A stretch of DNA of 10,688 bases from a virus (lineage: Duplodnaviria; Heunggongvirae; Uroviricota; Caudoviricetes), in IMG/VR virus record IMGVR_UViG_2778261676_000006, positions 1 to 10,688 of that record; one strand, written 5' to 3'. The number at the start of each line of letters is the position of its first letter. Positions within the stretch are counted from its first letter, which is position 1. The notes beneath the pieces are model-generated. The model searched no databases and had not been told where the DNA came from. It saw only the letters and a program-made list of their open reading frames with translations. This document shows, piece after piece, positions 5,994 through 10,688 of this stretch. A program made the position numbers and the translations under genes.

Positions 5994-8258
5994 TTATTTT
6001 TGACGAATCCTGATTTTTGGTTGTTCACGAACAACAATATCAGTTTCTTTCCAACCAAGATTATTTATTTCAACCTCGGCTTCGTTGTAGACTGTAGTAG
6101 AATTGGCAAGAGATCTTAACGTAATAGCCAATACAGCACGTTGAGGTGAAGATAGAGGCTCTTGCTCTGCTCGTCTCTGAACATCAAGTTTAAGTCTCCA
6201 TTGCTCCCCATTTATACCTTGCGGAAATTGTTTTCTATAAACTTTGACTGGAGACCATTTGAAGCCATTTTCTATCAGTACCTTTTCAAATAATTCACTC
6301 TTTTCTTTTATTTGTGGAATTTTTCCGCTATGTATCCATTTAGCGTTAACTGGATCATAAGTGTAAGTCCCGAATGACACATCCACATTAGAACGGCAAT
6401 ATTCGGATGGGTAGTCATAATCAAGCGGTGGAGAATAAACGAGTGTCATAATAATTTCACCTGTGAATTTTCCATCCTCAGTACGTAATGACTGTGGTAT
6501 TACAAATGGCGTTCTACTGAATTCAATACCTTCTCGGGTATCTATTTCAAATAGAAATGTAATCTCATTTTTATTGCAACCAATAATATCATTTATATGA
6601 TCGCTTGGGCGTCCAAATCCTTGATAATTAAACGCATAATGCTCCGTTTTGGCTGGTGAGTTTTTTAACGCAGAATGAATTAATAGTGCCTTGATACGTT
6701 CAGGCGATGGTGAAATAGAACCATTAACATCTAGTTCATGCCACAGTGATGCCGCTAAACTTGAGATTAACGGTGCTGATAAACTTGTGCCAATACTTTC
6801 GCAAAGAGCATTGTCCTCGCCAATAGCTATGATTCCGGTATGTTCACAGTTTAATTTACTGTCACAATTACCTCCAAAGTGATTTATCTCTGGTTTGGGT
6901 ATAAAGGCTGGGCCGGGACCTCTTCTAGAAAAAGATGAAGGTTCAAATCTTTTGACCACAGAGTCAGACGATTCTAAATGGGCAACTGAGCCAACAGTTA
7001 ATGAACGAACAGAATCTGCGGGGGCTGATATTCTGTCATGCCCACCTAATTCTTGAGGAGGCCAGGTTCGTTGAGGATCATAAATGTAGTTGCCGGATGC
7101 TACGACGAAAAGACAATCATGCTCATCATGAAGTGCATTTAAAAAATGCCCCAATTCAGAGAAGCTGTCTTCAGAACATGGGGATTGACAACCTAATGAC
7201 AGATTCCATACACGTACTTCTGGATAGGTGGTCACAGCCTCTCGGATAGCTTTCATTAATTGTGGCAATTTGAGCGTACCATCTTTGGGAAAGGCTGCAA
7301 CATCAACAATTTCAGCTTGGCATTGAGGAAAACCAGCATAGTTATTCAACCATCTTCCATTAATTGCTAAACTTGCAACCATGTTCCCATGAGAATAGTC
7401 GTGTTCTCCTTTTACTAAATCTAAACTATCCCAAATCCATGGCCTAAGTATGTTGTTATTGGGATCGACTCCGCTATCTATAATTCCGAGTAGTGGATAA
7501 TGTTTATCCTCTTGAGGTAAGGGAAAATCATCTAGGTCTAGAGTTTCAGCAGGAATATATTGCGATACTGTATGAGTAAGACCAAATGTTGGCATAGGTT
7601 CTAATTTTCGTATGCCAATAAAACTTGCCAGTTGGGCGATGTTATCATTCCCTTTTACTTCATATATACTCAAATCTGAACTGATATCATACTTTTTGGG
7701 TTTTTGTATTCCTAGTTCATCTGCAAATTCCATTAATTCTTTGTCGATACTGCGGTTAGTTGTTCTATCTTTATGGTCAAAGAGTTTCAGAAGAAAACTA
7801 TCTGATTTATTTTTATCTATAACATCATGGTTAAGACTAAAAGGTTCGATCTTTTCAATTACAGCAATATGTACTGTCCCATTATGAGAATTAGTGCTAT
7901 TTTCAATTTTTTTGCGAAGTTGTGCTAACCCTTTTTCAGTAACACTTATAAGTAATTCTCCAAAATTATCACTGCCTATTACGGGACATGTATTATCACC
8001 TAATAGGCTTGATGGGCGATGTGACTTAGCAAGAGCTTTTTCATGAAGAGTAACTCTAGCCACCGCCGGTATATTGGGCCATTTTTTAAATGAGCTCTGG
8101 AAAAAATTTTTAACGTCATCGACTTCTTGTTTGAGTCTATTTTTTAGACTAGTTGTTACTGTTCGGATAGGTTGTTTCTTTCCGAAATTATATGTTTTTT
8201 CAGTAAAATCTTGAGGTGTCGCCTCAATTATTTTTATTGGTCTTTCTTTGTTACTCAT
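5994..8258 (-). CDS. ietS: S8 subtilisin-family serine peptidase, cytoplasmic, with extra N- and C-terminal domains (IetS-like)
   Basis: 754-aa ORF. S8 catalytic motifs in canonical order: Asp LLGIIDSGVD, His HGNMVASLA, oxyanion Asn VVASGNY, Ser GTSLSAPLISSLAA. No N-terminal signal peptide (MSNKERPIKIIEATPQDF). The start overlaps the stop of the upstream ATPase (ATGA at 8255-8258). Confidence 0.8.
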   Translation of the reverse strand: MSNKERPIKIIEATPQDFTEKTYNFGKKQPIRTVTTSLKNRLKQEVDDVKNFFQSSFKKWPNIPAVARVTLHEKALAKSHRPSSLLGDNTCPVIGSDNFGELLISVTEKGLAQLRKKIENSTNSHNGTVHIAVIEKIEPFSLNHDVIDKNKSDSFLLKLFDHKDRTTNRSIDKELMEFADELGIQKPKKYDISSDLSIYEVKGNDNIAQLASFIGIRKLEPMPTFGLTHTVSQYIPAETLDLDDFPLPQEDKHYPLLGIIDSGVDPNNNILRPWIWDSLDLVKGEHDYSHGNMVASLAINGRWLNNYAGFPQCQAEIVDVAAFPKDGTLKLPQLMKAIREAVTTYPEVRVWNLSLGCQSPCSEDSFSELGHFLNALHDEHDCLFVVASGNYIYDPQRTWPPQELGGHDRISAPADSVRSLTVGSVAHLESSDSVVKRFEPSSFSRRGPGPAFIPKPEINHFGGNCDSKLNCEHTGIIAIGEDNALCESIGTSLSAPLISSLAASLWHELDVNGSISPSPERIKALLIHSALKNSPAKTEHYAFNYQGFGRPSDHINDIIGCNKNEITFLFEIDTREGIEFSRTPFVIPQSLRTEDGKFTGEIIMTLVYSPPLDYDYPSEYCRSNVDVSFGTYTYDPVNAKWIHSGKIPQIKEKSELFEKVLIENGFKWSPVKVYRKQFPQGINGEQWRLKLDVQRRAEQEPLSSPQRAVLAITLRSLANSTTVYNEAEVEINNLGWKETDIVVREQPKIRIRQK

Positions 8259-9418
8259 AATATCTCTCTATAGTTCTTAGTTAGCCTTGACACTTTAGCA
8301 TTTGAAAGCCCTAGTATTTTTGCTATCTTTCGTATTGTAAATCTTTTGGGATTGTATTCTCTGAGAGTGGTCACAATCTTTATAAGTAAATTATCTTCTT
8401 CATCAAATGTAACTCCCTTCGCTTCTAAGATAGCCTCGACTAAAAATCGGGTATCGATTTGTTTATTATTGTAAACCAGAGCATGTCGCTCAGATCTTAA
8501 GCAGCATTGTTCTATAAATGAGCAGTTTAGCCCTGATGATATTTCCGCAAGGTCATCAACAAAATCGTCATATGTAGCTTTTATGTTTGAATATTGTTCA
8601 AATAGTTGTTTTCTGACTTCAAAATTAGGCAATCCAATAGATATTCTATACTCAAAGCGCCTCCAAACTGCGCTATCTAGAAGATTTTCATGATTACTTG
8701 CAGCAATCAATATTGTTTCTTCAGGTAGATTGTCAATATTTTGCAATAAAGAAACCACCACCCTCTTCAGTTCACCTAACTCATGCTGATCATCTCTAGC
8801 CTTTGCTAGAGAATCTAGTTCATCTAGAAATAAAACACATGGTGCTTTACTTGCATACTCAAATAGCTGCCTGATATTTTTAGAAGTAGACCCCAGATAT
8901 GATGAGACTAAGGAGTCACATCTTGCAGTAAGAAGCGGTAAATTTAGACAGGATGCAATATATTTTGATGTCAAGGTTTTACCACAACCTGGTGGCCCAT
9001 ATAAAATCATAGAGGATGTCACGCCAAGACCGGCATCCTTTAATTCTTTAGCTCGTTCAGTGAAAGTCAAAAATTCTTTAATTTTTTTCAGAGTGCTATC
9101 TTTCAACAATGGGAGTTGAATTTCAGAAGACGGTTGAGTTACGTCTGCTAAATCAAATTTAGTTTCTTTATCTACAGGTAATGTATCAAGACGTTCAAAA
9201 ATAGGTGATGTACTGCGTGATACTTTCTGCAAGTTAAACGTGTTTTTATCTTGAATACTACCTCTAATGGCTGAAGCAAGCTCAGGCAGCCCCATAGAAT
9301 CATAGGAACGCGCGAGTTTCGAAGCCTGCCGAACAAAAGCAACTTTATCCCCTTTGAGTCCAAGACTGATAAGCTGCGAAAGTATCTCGTTTGTGGTCAT
9401 TTGTGATACAAACCTCAT
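8255..9418 (-). CDS. ietA: AAA+ ATPase with C-terminal HTH-like tail (IetA-like)
   Basis: 387-aa ORF. Walker A GPPGCGKT (about 8975-8998), Walker B CVLFLDELD, sensor-1 LIAASNHEN, probable Arg finger in VWRRFEY. C-terminal IRKIAKILGLSNAKVSRLTKNY resembles a helix-turn-helix. Translationally coupled to the downstream S8 peptidase. Confidence 0.8.
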   Translation of the reverse strand: MRFVSQMTTNEILSQLISLGLKGDKVAFVRQASKLARSYDSMGLPELASAIRGSIQDKNTFNLQKVSRSTSPIFERLDTLPVDKETKFDLADVTQPSSEIQLPLLKDSTLKKIKEFLTFTERAKELKDAGLGVTSSMILYGPPGCGKTLTSKYIASCLNLPLLTARCDSLVSSYLGSTSKNIRQLFEYASKAPCVLFLDELDSLAKARDDQHELGELKRVVVSLLQNIDNLPEETILIAASNHENLLDSAVWRRFEYRISIGLPNFEVRKQLFEQYSNIKATYDDFVDDLAEISSGLNCSFIEQCCLRSERHALVYNNKQIDTRFLVEAILEAKGVTFDEEDNLLIKIVTTLREYNPKRFTIRKIAKILGLSNAKVSRLTKNYREIL

Positions 9419-9600
9419 TAATCTGTTGTCTAAATGGCTTATAGGTGAGACAAATTTCTATTTTAATGTAGTTTATATGTATTTTGGTGAAACGAACACT
9501 ATGTTTTACATAAATCTTTCAGGTTTGGAGTTCTTGGAGGGCATAGAGTTGCATCAATTTGCATTCTAATTAGACTTTTTTATTGCTATCGTATTCTACA
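9419..9600 (-). promoter_or_regulatory. AT-rich upstream region, presumed promoter of the ATPase-peptidase operon
   Basis: About 180 bp of AT-rich non-coding sequence upstream of the ATPase start on the minus strand, with several -10/-35-like hexamers; no single promoter can be assigned by eye. Confidence 0.3.
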
Positions 9601-9659
9601 TGTGACTAGGTCTGCCCTTCCTGATGCGTTTGCATTAAAACCTCCCCATGAAGCGGGCG

Positions 9660-9678
9660 GGCGAGGCGGGGAAAGCAC
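9660..9678. other. cos site (19-nt cohesive-end sequence of P2/P4 type)
   Basis: GGCGAGGCGGGGAAAGCAC matches the P2/P4 cohesive-end sequence as I recall it. It lies where cos is expected, between the cargo and the portal-side end of the genome. Confidence 0.6.
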
Positions 9679-9810
9679 TGCGCGCTGGCGGTGGTGCTGA
9701 TTTTATTTTTTCAGCGTCTGAGCGCGTCGTGATGGCGTTTAGATTGTGTTCCGGGGCCTGCGGGATGTTTTGCGCGGAGGTGAGCGTGTGAGGGCGTGAT
9801 GACGGGGTGT

Positions 9811-9832
9811 AAAAAAGCCGCCCGCAGGCGGC
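9811..9832 (-). terminator. Minus-strand intrinsic terminator (in P2 would end the leftward portal/terminase operon)
   Basis: On the minus strand: GCCGCC-tgcg-GGCGGC hairpin followed by TTTTTT (plus strand reads aaaaaa gccgcccgcaggcggc). Confidence 0.45.
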
Positions 9833-9938
9833 GATGTTCAGCCGTTGTCAGTGTCCAGTGAGTAGTTTTTAAAGCGGATGACCTCCTGACCGAGCCAGCC
9901 GTTTATTTCCCGAATCCTGTCCTGTAGCCTCCCGTAAC

Positions 9939-10688
9939 AGGCTGGAAGCCAGTGTCGCTCCGTCACTGGCCGGAATTAAAATCCCGCACATCGACCAGTC
10001 GCAGGAGTCTGATGCAAAATTCCTGACCCGCCTTGCTGAACGCAACGGCGGTGAGGTGTCGGTAAAAATGGGAAAATTGTTGTTTCTCAAAGCGGGGCAG
10101 GGGGTGACGGCCAGCGGTAAAAAAATCCCGCAGATTACCATCGCCCGCAGCGACGGCGACCGTCATCATTTTGCGATTGCTGACCGTGGAGCCTACACCG
10201 GCGTAACGGCAAAGTGGTTACACACCAAAGACCCGAAGCCACAAAAGCAGAAGGTAAAACTGAAACGCAAAAAGAAAGAGAAACACCTGCGCGCACTGGA
10301 GCACCCGAAAGCGAAACCGGTCACGCAGAAGAAAGCGCCAAAAGTACCGGAAGCGCGCGAAGGTGAATACATGGCCGGTGAGGATGACAATGTTTTTGCC
10401 CTGACCACGGTATATGCCACGAAAGCGCAGGCCATGCGCGCCGCTCAGGCGAAGTGGGATAAACTGCAACGGGGCGTTGCGGAGTTCTCCATCAGCCTGG
10501 CTACCGGTCGGGCAGATATTTACACGGAAACACCGGTTAAGGTGTCAGGCTTTAAGCGTGTCATAGACGAGCAGGACTGGACCATCACTAAGGTGACACA
10601 TTTTCTGAATAATAGCGGCTTCACGACGTCCTTAGAGCTTGAGGTCAGGCTTTCTGATGTGGAGTACGAAACAGAAGATGATGAGTGA
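9939..10688 (+). pseudogene. D: 5'-truncated tail gene D (P2 gpD / phage late control D family), C-terminal part only
   Basis: The frame opens right after a stop at 9936-9938. The sequence IKIPHIDQSQESDAKFLTRLAERNGGEVSVKMGKLLFLKAGQG...SLELEVRLSDVEYETEDDE matches the C-terminal region of P2 gpD as I recall it (full length about 387 aa). The first standard start is GTG 10056 (track ORF 10056..10688). Only about 260 bp separate it from cos, with no N-terminal coding sequence. Confidence 0.75.

Larger units (their letters stand above)
1..10688. mobile_element. Defective P2-like prophage remnant (int-C-cox-B-A'-cargo-cos-D'), continuing beyond both window edges
   Basis: Gene order and protein N-termini match my recollection of the P2 early region; a P2-type cos sequence and a gpD fragment are present; the structural genes expected between cos and D, and the 5' two-thirds of gene A, are missing. 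Confidence 0.8.

Noticed and set aside
6691-7887. Three plus-strand ORFs (6691..6882, 7001..7249, 7612..7887) inside the subtilase gene
   Set aside because: Antisense to a 754-aa gene with clear catalytic motifs; low-complexity Leu/Ser-rich translations; no ribosome-binding sites.
9172-9569. Minus-strand ORF 9172..9363 and plus-strand ORF 9354..9569 around the ATPase start
   Set aside because: One lies inside the ATPase gene in another frame; the other has a TTG start, runs antisense across the ATPase 5' end into its AT-rich promoter, and has an Ile/Phe/Asn-rich translation typical of AT-rich noise.
10225-10335. Purine-rich, lysine-codon-rich tract that looks repetitive at the DNA level
   Set aside because: It is in frame within gene D and encodes a lysine-rich linker (KPQKQKVKLKRKKKEKH); coding low complexity, not a DNA repeat or regulatory element.
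9869-10469. Minus-strand ORFs 9869..10141, 9963..10169, 10193..10435 and 10218..10469
   Set aside because: All are antisense to the gpD-homologous frame. Only the last roughly 24 codons before the stop at 9869 could be a portal-gene remnant, which cannot be verified here.
1-10688. CRISPR arrays, tRNA/rRNA genes, insertion sequences
   Set aside because: No regularly spaced direct repeats, no tRNA-like cloverleaf candidates and no transposase-like ORFs or terminal inverted repeats were seen on either strand.

Overview
The window reads as the integrase-proximal arm of a defective P2-like prophage (Enterobacteriaceae-type backbone) carrying a low-GC cargo island. Order: P2-type integrase (1..996, -), C-type immunity repressor (-), divergent early promoter/operator, cox-like gene, a small ORF, replication gene B, two small early ORFs, then a deletion junction fusing the 5' end of an orf82-like gene to the 3' third of replication initiator gene A (A is truncated). 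After two backbone ORFs (ASCH/DUF3850-like and a 68-aa protein) the composition drops to AT-rich from about 4.7 to 9.6 kb. This cargo holds two convergent transcription units sharing a bidirectional terminator: (i) a small soluble protein plus a 253-aa three-TM membrane protein on the + strand, with no family I can assign, and (ii) on the - strand an AAA+ ATPase translationally coupled to a 754-aa cytoplasmic S8 subtilase, which matches the IetAS defence architecture. Right of the cargo is a sequence I recognise as the P2/P4 19-nt cos site, a minus-strand terminator, and then directly a 5'-truncated tail gene D, so the whole structural module between cos and D is absent. All family assignments are from motif reading and recall, not database searches. 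ORF coordinates follow the supplied track; hand-indexed sites (cos, hairpins, repeats, junctions) may be off by 1-2 nt.
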